Assembly: GCA_964016885.1 (NCBI GenBank)
Contig: OZ024741.1
Location: 294,562,001 to 294,626,000, forward strand
DNA: 64,000 nucleotides
Direction: 5' to 3'
DNA from: Eledone cirrhosa
Lineage: Eukaryota
The notes beneath the pieces were generated by a model. That model saw nothing but the letters and a program-made list of their open reading frames with translations, was not told the origin of the DNA and made no database searches. Below are positions 13,463-25,199 of this stretch, in pieces. Positions within the stretch are counted from its first letter, which is position 1; every line of letters begins with the position of its first letter. A program made the translations under genes and the position numbers.

Positions 13463-16431
13463 ATGCATGCTGGGATTGTGTGGGAGTAGCCGATAGGAGC
13501 GGGGGGTGCAAAAGCCTCAAGCACCTACTCAGCCAGTTCCAACTGTCTGACAGGTATCGACTAGATTTCCCCAATGTGCCAGTATGGACATGGACCAACC
13601 GAATGGGGTCATCTAGATTGTATATAGACAGGATCTTCATTAGGAAAATAGATAGAAATAGTGTGGGCTGTCCACTTTTTAAAACGGTCGCCTATTCAGA
13701 TCACAAATTTGTGATCTGTACGGTCGACCTAAATAAAACGCATAGGTTAGGACCGGGTTACTGGAAGCTGAACATGTCATTTCCGGCACGTAAGGCTTAC
13801 AGGGACCGAGTCAACAATTTAGTTAAGCAAAAGTTGACAGGGGGGATCATCAACAACAGATGGTGGGGGGCTCTCAAAACTTCAATAGAGTTCAGCAAAG
13901 AACTAGCGTTAGAGAAAAATAGAAAGGAGGGGGAGCTGGTAGATAAGTTAGACGAGGCTATTTGTAGTGGCATCGCAACTGACGTGCTAGCGGCGAGAAT
14001 GGCATTAGACCATTTCTTCAATGCCAAACACGAAGGTTGCATTGTCAGAGCTAAGGCACGTGCGCTGAGAAACGAGGGAACTAAAGCTGTTCGATGGGAC
14101 CGCGTGGTGGAGGCGCAGCGTGGTAATAAAACCACAATTCCGTCTTTGGCGGACTGAGACGGACACGAGATAAGCGATTCCAAGCGGATGTGTGAGGCCT
14201 TTCACCAGCACTTTGCTCGGTTGTTCAGGGAGAGTGGCGAGTCAGAGAGAGTAGCGGATTTCAGTCCCTATCTTGACGGTTTGCCGCGCATCTCGACGGT
14301 CGATGCTGAGCGCTGCGAAAGGCCGATTACTTCAGCCGAAATTCAGGATGCCCTTGTCAGCTGCATGAGGCGTAAGTCACCCGGTTTGGATGGCCTGCCC
14401 TACGAGCTTTACGTAAATATGCCAGACTTGTTCTCCGAACTCCTCAAAGCACTCTACTGCAACTGGCGGCAGAATGGGAGTATTCCCAGTTCTGTGAGCA
14501 GGGGAGTGGTGACACTGATAAGGAAAGATGAGAACAAGAGGGATACATTAGACAACTTCAGGCCCATAACTCTGCTCAACACAGAGTTTAAGATTTTGGC
14601 CAAGGTGTTAGCAAAGAGATTGGCGCTTGTCGTCGAGGATTTGGTTGGGGAGGCGCAAACTTGCGCAATCCCAGCCAGGTCCATACACAACAATCTCCAC
14701 CTCATGCGATACATCATAGAGAGGGTAGGGTGTAAACCTGGCTTCGGTGGGGCACTGATCAATTTAGATCAATCGAAATCATTCGATAGGGTCGACCATC
14801 GGTATCTGGAGTTTGTCCTCAAAGCAGCTGGCTTCGGCCCTGTCTTTAGAAGCTGGATCGTTGCAATGCACAGCAGCACACGCTCGGTGGTCAAGGTTAA
14901 TGGCCACCTCTCGGAACCATTTCGGTTCTCCCGATCGGTCCGTCAAGGGTGCCCTCTCTCTTCCCTTCTGTATGTATTGACTCTCGAGCCTTTACTGCGG
15001 AAGCTGGAGCTGTTGCAGGGCATCCCGCTCAAACCGGGACGTGGAAAGGCGGTTTCGGCTTATGCGAACGACATCACCGTGATGGTGTCGAACACCTCAG
15101 AAATCGAGGTGGTCGGCACCTTATTGAAGGAATATGAAAGGTTGACAGGAGCCAAACTTAACCCGGAAAAGTCAGTGGGCTTGCAGCTCGGAACCTGGAG
15201 AGGCAAGCCCATGCCGTCCAACAGCGTCGTGGGGCGCTGGACGGACGGACCGGTAAAGTTGCTCGGGGTTTGGTTCGGACCAGACCTCCAGGTGGAAAAG
15301 AATTGGGACGAGGTAACGAGCAGAGTAGCCAGTCTCACCCAAAAATGGGCTGGGAGGAAGCTATCACTGAAAGGTCGCACGGAGGTGGCGAATGCATACA
15401 TCGCGTCCGTCATCTACTACCGCCTAACCGTCGTGCCTTGCCCCCGTTCGCGCTTCGTCAAGTTGGAACGGCTCCTCTTCAAATTCTTGTGGAAGGGACA
15501 AGTTCCGTTGGTGAGGCGGTCCAGCTGCTGCCAGCACCCTCTACACAGAGGGCTGGGCATGCCGTGGCTAATGATGCGCAGACATGCGTTGAGGCTGCAA
15601 CATCTCCAGATATTCTGCCTCAATGGTGAACAGGTGTGGTCCCCGTTTATCAGACGGGCCTTTCCGCAGCTCATTTCTTTGACTGAGCTGCAGTCCTGGG
15701 TCAAGAAGAGACCGAGACTGGGTGACTGGCACCTGGAATGTTGCCAGGCACTCACTGCCCTCTACCAAGCGGGCAATGCGATCAGTGGAACTTCCACTCT
15801 CGAGTTCTATAGAGGATTAGTGGTGGGCAAGTGCGATGACACACTTGGAGAAGCTTTGGGCCTCGACGAAGTTGAACTGACCAGTCTGTACCGGAGGACT
15901 TTTGAGCCGGGGACGATGGACAATTTCCAGAAATCCCTCGCTTGGCAGTGCTACCGGGGGGCACTGCCGGTTCGGGATAAACTCTACAGGCACGGAAGTG
16001 CTGTCAGACGGACCTGCCCAAGATGCGCACAGAACGACGAAACCGTTCTGCACGCACTTGTCCAATGTCCGTGCATTACTGATTTGCAGAGTTATGTCGA
16101 ACAGCTACTGTCGCGTGTGGAACGAATCCGGCTATCGGCCGAGTCCATAGTGAAGATCGAGCCACCACCTTCCTTAGGTCAGGAAGAACAGGATATTTTC
16201 CTCTGTCTGATGGCAGTTGCGAAAGAGATTATATGGTGGACCAGGTTGAAAGGACTAAAGACAGACACTTTTCTCTTCGGCCAATCCCTCATCAACTTCT
16301 TCAAGTTTCACCTGGAAAGGAAGGTGAGGGTGGAGAGAGAAGTGCTGCCCCCCAGTACATTTGCTAAAAGGTGGGTGAATGTGGCGAGAATGGCTCGTGT
16401 GAATGGGCCTACTCTGACCATGCGCCTATAG
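13441..16431 (+). pseudogene. LINE ORF2 (APE endonuclease, reverse transcriptase, CCHC), disrupted
   Basis: GDWN, IDRIF, SDH and GPGYWKLN endonuclease motifs; KSPGLDG, FRPITLLN, QGCPLS; catalytic YADD reads YAND; one in-frame TGA at 14155-14157; CPRC..HALVQC. Confidence 0.92.
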
Positions 16432-16717
16432 GCTGGCTAACTTGAGGAGAGGGGGTGCTCTCCTGGGTGCCCTAGAAGCGCAGGGTGGTTCAGGATTGGT
16501 GGGGTACCCGAATCACCCCAGGGTCGTCCACCCCCTATCGGGGAATTTATTTTGTTATATTTATGCATAGTTTATTTTATATTTTTATATTTTCATTGTT
16601 AAATTAGTCTTGCCATTGTGCACTTTTACTCGACCTTATTGTAAACCCCACTGTCCCTGTCTTTGTATTGTCCCCTACATGTCGGCCCTTGTGGCTAATA
16701 AATGAAATCATTATTGC

Positions 16718-17620
16718 TATGGATTGGCAGTATCGGTAGAGGGTCGGACGCCATGCTTTCCAGCATAGTTACGTCCTTTACGATCTGAGTTCAAATCCCG
16801 CCGAGGTTGACTTTGCCTTTCATCCTTACGGGGTCGATAAAATAAAGTACCAGTAATGTACTGGATAATTGCTGGCCTTGTGCCTAAAGCAGAAACAATT
16901 ATTATTATTATTATCATTTTCTTACGATCTGAGTTCAACTCCCGCCGAGGTTAACTTTGCCTTTCATCCTTACGGTGTCGATAAAATAAAGTACCAGTAA
17001 TGCACTGGGGTCGATATAATCGACTTTCCCCTCCCCCAAAATTTCTGGCCTTGTGCCTATATAAGAAACCATTATTATTATCATTGTTCACGGGCGGTGA
17101 ATTGGCAGTATCGGTAGAGGGTTGGACTCCATGCTTTCTAGCATAGTTACGTCCCTTTACAGTCTGAGTTCAAATCCAGCCGAGGTTAACTTTGCCTTTC
17201 ATCCTTACGGGGTTGATAAAATAAAGTACCAGTAATGTACTGGGTAATTGCTGGCCTTGTGCCTAAAGTAGAAACAATTATTATTATCATTGTCATTATT
17301 ATCGCTGTGTCATGCAGTGCCGATAGATAATGCACCGGGGTATTTAGTCATCTGTCAAGTTGCAACAAGGACGTCAGACAGATAATAGTTTCCTCAAAAT
17401 GTGCACAGTACCTAGCAAAGCTACCTTTTGTTTGACATGTAAACTGTATGGTATACCCAGTCATTGTAAGAAGTCTTGAAGTTTCAATGGAATTGACCCT
17501 ATTATTAATATCATTATCATTATTATTATTAGGGTGGTGGATTGGCAGTATCGGTAGAGTGTCAGACACCATACTTTGCAGCATAGAGTTATAGCCCTTT
17601 TCGTTCTGAGTTCAAATTGG
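16718..17620 (+). mobile_element. Head-to-tail array of SINE family A copies (about 16718-16915, 16921-17080, 17090-17285, 17530-17620)
   Basis: Repeated GAGTTCAAATCCCGCCGAGG..CCTTTCATCCTTACGG units separated by ATT runs. Confidence 0.9.
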
Positions 17621-17854
17621 GGGCTATGTAGTCATGGATGATATATTGGCCTTGCTGCATTAAGCTTTAAAACTTAGTACAGTTATGTGTGGAGTTAAAG
17701 CTATGTTTGGAGGCAATTAAAATTAACAGGCATTATTGCCAGCGGGAATAGAGTGGTGGGCAAAATGCTTTGTGGTATTTATTCTGGCTCATTGCATTCT
17801 GAGTCAAAACCCCATTGCAGTCAATTTTGTCATTCTTCTTTTCAGTGTCAATAA

Positions 17855-18190
17855 CTTTGATCTGAAGGAAGTGTGGCGAAGATCATGGAATGAGTCCAAA
17901 TTTGCCAAGCAAGACCTTGTCCAGGACCCCACATCTAAATTAGCTGGCTTTGACCTTCCTAGAAAGCAATGGGTGTCCCTTAATCAGATCTGCACAACAC
18001 ATACCAGGAAAGCTCATCATCTCCAGTATATGATTGTGGGAACCCTGACCAGACAGTGCTGCATGTTGTTCAAGATTGCCCCGTCAGACGTTTTCCCAGC
18101 AGCCTGGAGGCAATCCATAACACTACAAATGGTGCCTTAGTCTGGCTCACCAATCTTGATCTGCCTCTCTAACTATTGTGCATATGTCAT
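17855..18190 (+). mobile_element. Degraded LINE 3' fragment (RTE/Ingi-like) inserted in an old SINE
   Basis: Peptide GFDLPRKQWVSLNQICT resembles the W..LNR.RT motif preceding a C-terminal CCHC in several LINE clades. Confidence 0.5.
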
Positions 18191-18460
18191 ACAAGAAGTG
18201 TCAATAAATAAAATAGGGTGGTAGGCTGTTGCCAAACAAGATACTGTGTTTGTTTTGGCCGTTTATAATTTGAGTTCAAATCTCACCACGATCAACTTTG
18301 CCTTTTAATCTTTCTGGAGTCACTCAAATAAATTACCTGTCTAGTACTAAGGTCAATATATTTGACTTACCATCCCATCAAAATTGCTGGACATGGGCCT
18401 AAATTAGAAACTATTATAATTATTATCTTTCTTTTCATTATAATCATCTCAATGATTTTG

Positions 18461-18905
18461 GTTATCCTTTTTGATACCAAACCACCTAAAATCATTTTGG
18501 TTCTATGGTACAAAACACCATGGTATAAAGTATTTATGATTATCTAAAACCTTCCATTATAATTTTATATAATTTTATATAAACGGTGGTGGATTGGCAG
18601 TATCGGTAGAGGGTCTGACGCCATGCTTTGCAGCAAAGAGTTACGGCCCTTTATGCTCTGAGTTCAAATCCCACCAAGGTTAACTTTGCCTTTCATCCTT
18701 ACGGGGTCGATAAAATAAAGTACCAGTAATACACTGGGATAATTGCTGGCCTTGTACCAAAAGTAGAAACAATTATAATTTTATATGAGGAAATTTTGTT
18801 AACTTATGTTTGAAATACCAGCTTCACGAGAAAATTAATCAAATTCATGATTATTTTCGAAAGAGACAGTATCTTTTTAGAAAAATATGATAACAAAGGG
18901 GTTAA
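18461..18905. mobile_element. piggyBac-like MITE interrupted by a SINE
   Basis: TTATCCTTTTTGATACC...ATAACAAAGGGGTTAA ends; homologous to 33601-33836 and 55330-55490. Confidence 0.55.
18583..18780 (+). mobile_element. SINE family A with probable target-site duplication
   Basis: Full family A sequence; ATTATAATTTTATAT occurs on both sides. Confidence 0.9.
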
Positions 18906-19305
18906 TGAGTGTTTTGCTAGATTGCAATAGTTTTCTCAATTCTCAAATCCTCCCAATGGTATGGAGAAAGTGATAGAATTCAGTCCAATGTAATATAGAA
19001 TTCTAAGAACCACTACAAGTACAAGAAGGAATGATCTTCAGCTTATGAGACATTGTTTACAAGTTAAGCAAAAACATTGTGCTGTATAGCACAATTTTTT
19101 GTGACAGCACTCTCCTCTCTTATGATCAACTGATCAACGTAAGTAATATCCTTTCAAGAAAGTTGCACACCTTGTTTAATAGGTCTTTATTGTTGTGTAT
19201 TTTCTCATTTCTCTATTGTGTTTGGCTTCTGTTTTTCATTCATCATGATATTTTCTTATCACGAATGTATAGGGGCATTTACTTATTTACTTTTTTTAAA
19301 TATCT

Positions 19306-19308
19306 ATG

Positions 19309-19339
<31 letters not shown>

Positions 19340-19478
19340 TATATATATAATATATATATATAATATATATATATATATGTATGTATATTTATATATATAT
19401 ATATGTATGTATATATATATATATGTATGTATATATATATACATGTATGTATATATATATGCATGTATATAAATATAT

Positions 19479-19509
<31 letters not shown>

Positions 19510-19583
19510 CATATACATGTATATATAGAGATATATATACATAGTTATATACTCACATATAAATATCTATATATCTATATATC

Positions 19584-19661
<78 letters not shown>

Positions 19662-19670
19662 CATACATAT

Positions 19671-19716
<46 letters not shown>
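19306..19716. repeat. Long (TA)n/(CA)n microsatellite block
   Basis: Directly visible. Confidence 0.95.
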
Positions 19717-20354
19717 CATGGCATTGTTGTGTGGAAGCATTGTTATGTTTGTTATTGATTTAATTGATTCTGACAATATCATCATCATCTTCAAAAATGT
19801 TGTGGTTTTTTATAGATTTATTATTATCATTATTTCAATTTTTCATGTAGGTGTGCTGCAGCAAATAAAGATATATGTCTAACCTTATTTGATCATTCTC
19901 TACATAAATTTGATTTGTCAAAAAACTTAATTAGATTTGCAAGCAGTTATTTTTTTTTTTCTCTCTTTAACTCTATGTATGAATATACTTGTGAGTGTGT
20001 AGGGGTGAGTATGTATAGCTGTCTATATAAGTAAAGTATATATATGGGGGGGGGTCTGTATATTTATGTGCATGTCTGGTGTGTCTGTGCGTGTCTGTCT
20101 GTCACTCTGTGTATAAATGTCTTTGTGTATGTGTGTGTGTGTTACATTGTGTATGTGGAGATGGGTATCATGTTTTATTTTCTCCAAATAAAAATGTATG
20201 TCTGAGGTCGATATAAGCAACTAGGCAACAAATTGGCAGAGTTTTTATTGGATTAAATGCCCTGGTATTTGCTCAAGCTCTCTGCACATTGAATTCAAAT
20301 CCCATTTTTGCCTTTAATTCTTTTTTGGTGATTGATAAATATACTACCAAGGTG

Positions 20355-20690
20355 AGGAATTGACAGAGTTATTGGAATGTCAGATTGAATGCTTTGCCGT
20401 ATTCGTTTTTGTTCTCTACTCTCTGACTTCAAATCCTGCCGAGGTCAACATTGCTTTTCATCTATTCAAGGTTAAATTAAAAAAAACAGTATCAGTCTTG
20501 TACTGGGGCCGATTCTTCCTCTATATCTCTTTGACACTACCATTCTCTCACTCTTTATCCTTTTCTTGAAGAAATCTGCTATATTCTGACTTGGAGAATA
20601 GATGGGCTCCACCAGTTTTAAATATGCCCTAGAAATGCTGTAGGTCAATACAATCCCCCTACGACTCCCTCAGAAATTACAAGACCATGC
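20355..20690 (+). mobile_element. SINE family A head with alternative long tail (variant A2)
   Basis: Family A head followed by TTCCTCTATATCTCTT..GAAGAAATCTGCT..GGGCTCCACC..TGCCCTAGAAATGC, which is also found inverted at 39.5-39.8 kb and 52.5-52.8 kb. Confidence 0.65.
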
Positions 20691-22007
20691 ATGCAAATAT
20701 AGTACCAGTCCAGGAACAGTGGTTGGCAGAATTGTCAAAGAGTCAGATAGGGTGATTTACAGTATCTGATTTGGCTGTGTGCCTTCTCGGTTCAAATTCT
20801 ACCACCTTCTGCCAGGAGTTGCAGTTAGCAGATAGTATCAGCAACCGAAAGACAAATGGAAGCACAGTTTCTTTGGTGCAATCTAATAATGGGCTCCTTT
20901 TCTTTTCCATAAGTAATAACTATATTCATCTTCTTAAATTTAAGACCTTGAACTGCAGTAAAATACAAATGAATAAATAAATAATAAATATTTCCAAATC
21001 AGTAAAACTAAGTATAAAAAAATTCCCAACTAAAATACTTTGACCCTTAGGTAGTAAATACCTCAGAGTTGTGTTCAAATCTTTTCTTTTCAATTAAATT
21101 GATGTTGCACTTCCTTATTTGAACAGCTTTCTAGCTGTGGTTGAACACCTATATGGTACTGTTGTAGGTGACATGACCAAAATAAAACAGAAAGTAGTGG
21201 ATGTCAAACAGGGTGGGGTTCCTCTAACAGGACCGAGAAGACCATGGATTTGATTGGATTGGATTGGACTAGATAGGGTACTGTGATACTGAAAGTATTG
21301 TGGTAGTTAGGGTACTGTGGTATTTAGGGTAGTATGAGATTTAGGAAGACAGTGAATTGGTAGAGTCATTAGAACAAGGCATAGAATGCTTTGTGGTATT
21401 TGTTCCAGGTCTTTTTCATCCTCTCAAGGCAAATAAATAATATACTATTGTAGTACTGGAATCAATTCTTCCTCTGTTTCACTTCCTCATTCTCTGCTTC
21501 TTCCTTTCCCTTCCACTCTTTCTCTCTCTCTTCCTCTCTCTCCTTTCCTTTCTCTTCATTCCTTTCTTTTCCTACCTTTCACTTCCTTCCTTTCTCATTG
21601 TACCACTCTCTTCCTTCCCCTCTCTCTCCCTTACTCGCTCTATATTTCTTTCACTCTCTTCCTCACTGTCTCCTTCTCTCTAAGATGTTCACTATATTCA
21701 GACATGAAAAAGAATGGTCTTCACCAGGTTTGAATACCCAAGACATGCGAAAGCACCCAGTCCACACTGTAAATGTGGTTGCCATTTGGAAGGGCACCCA
21801 GCTTTTAAAAAACAACAACCCAAAATCAGTTCTGAGTGAGCAAGACACAATCATCTTATCTAGCTTATCTCACACCATGACAGTTAGTTTAACTCATGTT
21901 AGCATGGATAAACAGACATTAAACAGTTATGATTATGATAATGAAGATAGTATATGTTTATATATATATATATAAATATTCATATATATATATATATATA
22001 AATATTC

Positions 22008-22044
<37 letters not shown>

Positions 22045-22107
22045 TTTTTTGCCCGGTAAACTCTTGCCTTTCTTGAGGAGATTTTTCAAATATTTCACTA
22101 TGTTTTA

Positions 22108-22185
22108 AATTGCCTTGTCCGATGAACGAATGAGGATGTTTTTCGTATTCGTCTTATTCGGGAAACCTCTGGTAATGAGGTAATT
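22108..22185 (+). ncRNA. Type I hammerhead ribozyme-like fold, CCGAUGA core variant
   Basis: Stem I AATTGCCTTGT/ATGAGGTAATT; CCGATGA at 22119; stem II CGAATGAG/CTTATTCG; GAAAC at 22162; GTA at 22172-22174. Confidence 0.65.
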
Positions 22186-22204
22186 ATATTGTATTGTATA
22201 TTCA

Positions 22205-22530
22205 TTTCATTTTACGTCCGCTTTTCCCTGCTTGCAAGGGTGGGACGGGAGCTGATTCTGGCTTGATTTCTATAGCTGGATGCCCTTCCTAACACCAACC
22301 TCATTTACAGTGAGTGCTGGGTGCTTTTTTGCCGTGGCGCCTACACGTCCACTTTGCAGTGGAATAATAGGGAACCCAGTCCCTATCATCTCATTTCTAC
22401 AGCTGAGTAAACTGGAGCAATGTGAAATAAAGTGTCTTGCTCAAGGAAACAACACATCACCCGGTCTGAGAATTGAACTCACAACCTTTCGATTGCAAGG
22501 CCAATGCTCTAACCACTAAGCCATGTGCCT
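22205..22530 (-). mobile_element. SINE family B with RTE-derived 3' tail
   Basis: Minus strand: TGGCTTAGTGG A box, GAGTTCAATTC B box, CCTTGAGCAAGACACTT CORE-like motif; tail nearly identical to the RTE 3' UTR at 29520-29625. Confidence 0.88.
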
Positions 22531-22616
22531 AATTTAGCTCTGGTACTTACATAGAACACTCTTCACTCCTATGACTTTTTCAATTTTCAACGGAAACTTC
22601 AATACTTATATATTCA

Positions 22617-22647
<31 letters not shown>

Positions 22648-22792
22648 GAATATATATATATGAATATATATATATATGAATATATATATATATGAATATA
22701 TATTATATATATATGAATATATATATATATATATGAATATATATATATGTATATTTATATATATATATATGAATATATATATATATGAATGT

Positions 22793-22930
22793 ATAGGAAA
22801 TTGTTCAAGACCCCAACAGCACAGCTCAACCTATTTCGATGGCTATTTCCTATTACCCACTCTACTACCCTAAGTATTGAGTACTCTGGTGCGTTATGGT
22901 TCACTTGGTTTCTTACCACACTTCCTTTGT
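22793..22930 (+). mobile_element. Penelope-like terminal-repeat remnant (family P1), degenerate
   Basis: TTACCCACTCTACTACCCTAAGTATTGAGTAC block shared with 25953, 48705 and 51545. Confidence 0.65.
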
Positions 22931-22959
22931 TATATGAATATATATATATATATATTCAT

Positions 22960-23408
22960 ATATATTATTCAAAATATTAACAAATGAAGATATTCACATA
23001 ATCAAAATATATGCTTTATTATATATATTTCGAAGGTACTGTGTTGTTTTTTCAGTACGTTCTCGTCAGATAAAATATATGGTCTTGATATTTCAATTCC
23101 TGTATTGGCAGTGATTTATTCATCAAATCTCAACATTTATATACCACAAATAATAATATGATAAACTTAAAGAAGAAAAGGACGTGGAGCGAATTAGAGA
23201 GATAAGAGAGGGTGTAAAGAGGAGGAAGGCAAGAAAAAAATATATAAATACATACATAAATATATAAATGAATAAAAATAAATAAATGGATGGATGAATA
23301 GAGGAAGAAAAAAGGAAAAATAACGACAAAAGAGAGCGAACATAAAATATAGGGGGATAGATAGAAAAAAACATTGTTTTCCAATATTAGGTCAATTGAG
23401 GCAACCAT
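22960..23408 (-). mobile_element. Probable Penelope-like 3'/pLTR remnant carrying a hammerhead
   Basis: Pyrimidine-rich minus-strand UTR leading into a canonical hammerhead; bounded by (TA)n. Confidence 0.55.
23009..23080 (-). ncRNA. Type I hammerhead ribozyme, canonical core
   Basis: Minus strand: ATATATTTTAT CTGACGA GAACGTACTG..CAGTACCTTC GAAAT ATAT ATA ATAAAGCATAT; stems I and II pair, stem III is palindromic, AUA cleavage triplet. Confidence 0.85.
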
Positions 23409-23431
23409 ATATATATATATATATATATATA

Positions 23432-23469
<38 letters not shown>

Positions 23470-23597
23470 TATATATATATATATATATTCATTTATATAT
23501 ATATATATATTCATTTATATATATATATTCACATATATATATTCATATATATATATTCATATATATATATTCATATATATATATATATGTATATATA

Positions 23598-23938
23598 TCA
23601 TCATCATCATCATCATCATTTTACGTCCGCTTTTCCCTGCTTGCAAGGGTGGGACGGAAACTGATTCTGGCTTGATTTCTACAGCTGGATGCCCTTACTA
23701 ACACCAACCTCATTTACAGTGAGTGCTGGGTGCTTTTTTGCCGTGGCACCTCCACGACCACTTTGCAGTGGAATGATAGGGACCCCAGTCCCTATCATCT
23801 CATTTCTACAGCTGAGTAAACTGGAGCAATGTGAAATAAAGTGTCTTGCTCAAGGAAACAACACATCTCCCGGTCTGAGAATTGAACTCACAACCTTCCG
23901 ATTGCAAGGCCAATGCTCTAACCACTAAGCCATGTGCT
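23598..23938 (-). mobile_element. SINE family B with RTE-derived tail and (TGA)n end
   Basis: Near-identical to 22205-22530. Confidence 0.88.
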
Positions 23939-23962
23939 TCCATGTATATATTCATATATATT

Positions 23963-24246
23963 CTGAGCCTGGACCCGCAGAATCAGAAAGATCCACACAA
24001 TGATCGCGTCTCGATCTATATATAAAAAAACGAAAAATCAGTGATGCATCTGAGCTCAATTTATTGTGTGTTATAATTGTTACGCCGGCTGACAGCTCGA
24101 GACGCGATCATTGTGTGGATCTGTCTGATTCTGTGGGTCCAGGCTCAGACAGATCCACACAATGATCGCGTCTCGAGCTGTCAGCCGGCGTAACAATTGT
24201 AACACACAATAAATTGAGTTCAGATGCATCACTGGTTTTTCGTTTT
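23963..24246. repeat. Long palindrome (about 100-bp arms) with an extra partial inverted copy
   Basis: 24027-24128 is the near-perfect reverse complement of 24145-24246; 23963-24013 is an inverted copy of 24098-24148. Confidence 0.9.
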
Positions 24247-24379
24247 ATATTATATCATACTCGGCTCTGTAAGAGCATAGAGTGCTCAACCAGCATACCG
24301 CCTATGGAAGCATCTTAGCTACCATCAGACAAATATATATTTATGTATATATATATATATATATATATTCATATACGGG

Positions 24380-25074
24380 GTAACAAATAATAGTTATATG
24401 CAGTCCAACTTAGGTGTAGTCCAGTTATGGTATTCCGGGTAGTGGATGATATCAACGCTTGGCTTGGTTTGACTCAACAAGGCGTTTTCATAGTGATGTT
24501 GTGAGTATGCTGTAATTCCTATGTTGTAAACACTTGGAGTAATAATAAATCAGGAAAGAAGGTTGACATGGTTTGCTATACAAAAAAGGTTTTTAATCTC
24601 ATTGCTGACAATTGTTTCTCTGAACTGGTAGGTCTAGCGATTGCTATTCACTTGTTTTCACGTTACTCGATCACCAATACAAAATTATAACCAGTCAGTT
24701 CTTCGGAGCATGCAAGAATAAAGAGAATATAAAGGCATGAAAGGAATATACAGGCTACTATATGAAGTAGTAATGGCATTCAGTTAGAACAATAACAACA
24801 ATTACAACAATGCTATTAATAAATTATTTGAGGAGACCCTGACATTATATTAGGTGGGGGGTATAGTGTATCTAAGATTTTGGCGTGTAAAACTAGCTGA
24901 CATGAAGCAGAAGTATAAGTTTGGCATGTACGGAGTGTCGTAGGGTGTATTGTATCAATTTTAAAGATAAGCCGGTGTTTACAGTCTTTCTTTTCATCTT
25001 CAATAACATACATGAATGGGACAACACTGTCAAAGCTAAATAGTGGGCGAGTTAATACAGAGGTTAAGGAGGTA

Positions 25075-25075
<1 letters not shown>
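24380..25075 (-). mobile_element. Penelope-like element 3' end (degenerate GIY-YIG C-terminus, UTR, hammerhead)
   Basis: Peptide HRLIFKIDTIHP resembles the PLE endonuclease tail (..LIF.L.TL.P.GLN) and lies upstream of the hammerhead on the same strand. Confidence 0.55.
24600..24712 (-). ncRNA. Type I hammerhead ribozyme-like fold, CCGAAGA core variant
   Basis: Minus strand: CATGCT CCGAAGA ACTGACTGGT..ACCAGTTCAGA GAAAC AATT GTC AGCAATG. Confidence 0.7.
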
Positions 25076-25114
<39 letters not shown>

Positions 25115-25199
25115 CCATATATATACACACGCATGTGTACATAGACACATACATACACATCAATATACACTCGTACAAAAATATACATACATGCAAAGA

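Larger units (their letters stand above)
12153..16716 (+). mobile_element. Tx1/L1-like LINE, near full length with an internal deletion
   Basis: ORF1 with a CCHC knuckle, ORF2 with APE, RT and C-terminal CCHC, then a 3' UTR ending AATAAATGAAATCATTATT; flanked by ATT repeats. Confidence 0.92.

Noticed and set aside
22460-22530. tRNA gene
   Set aside because: A and B boxes belong to SINE heads; no complete cloverleaf.
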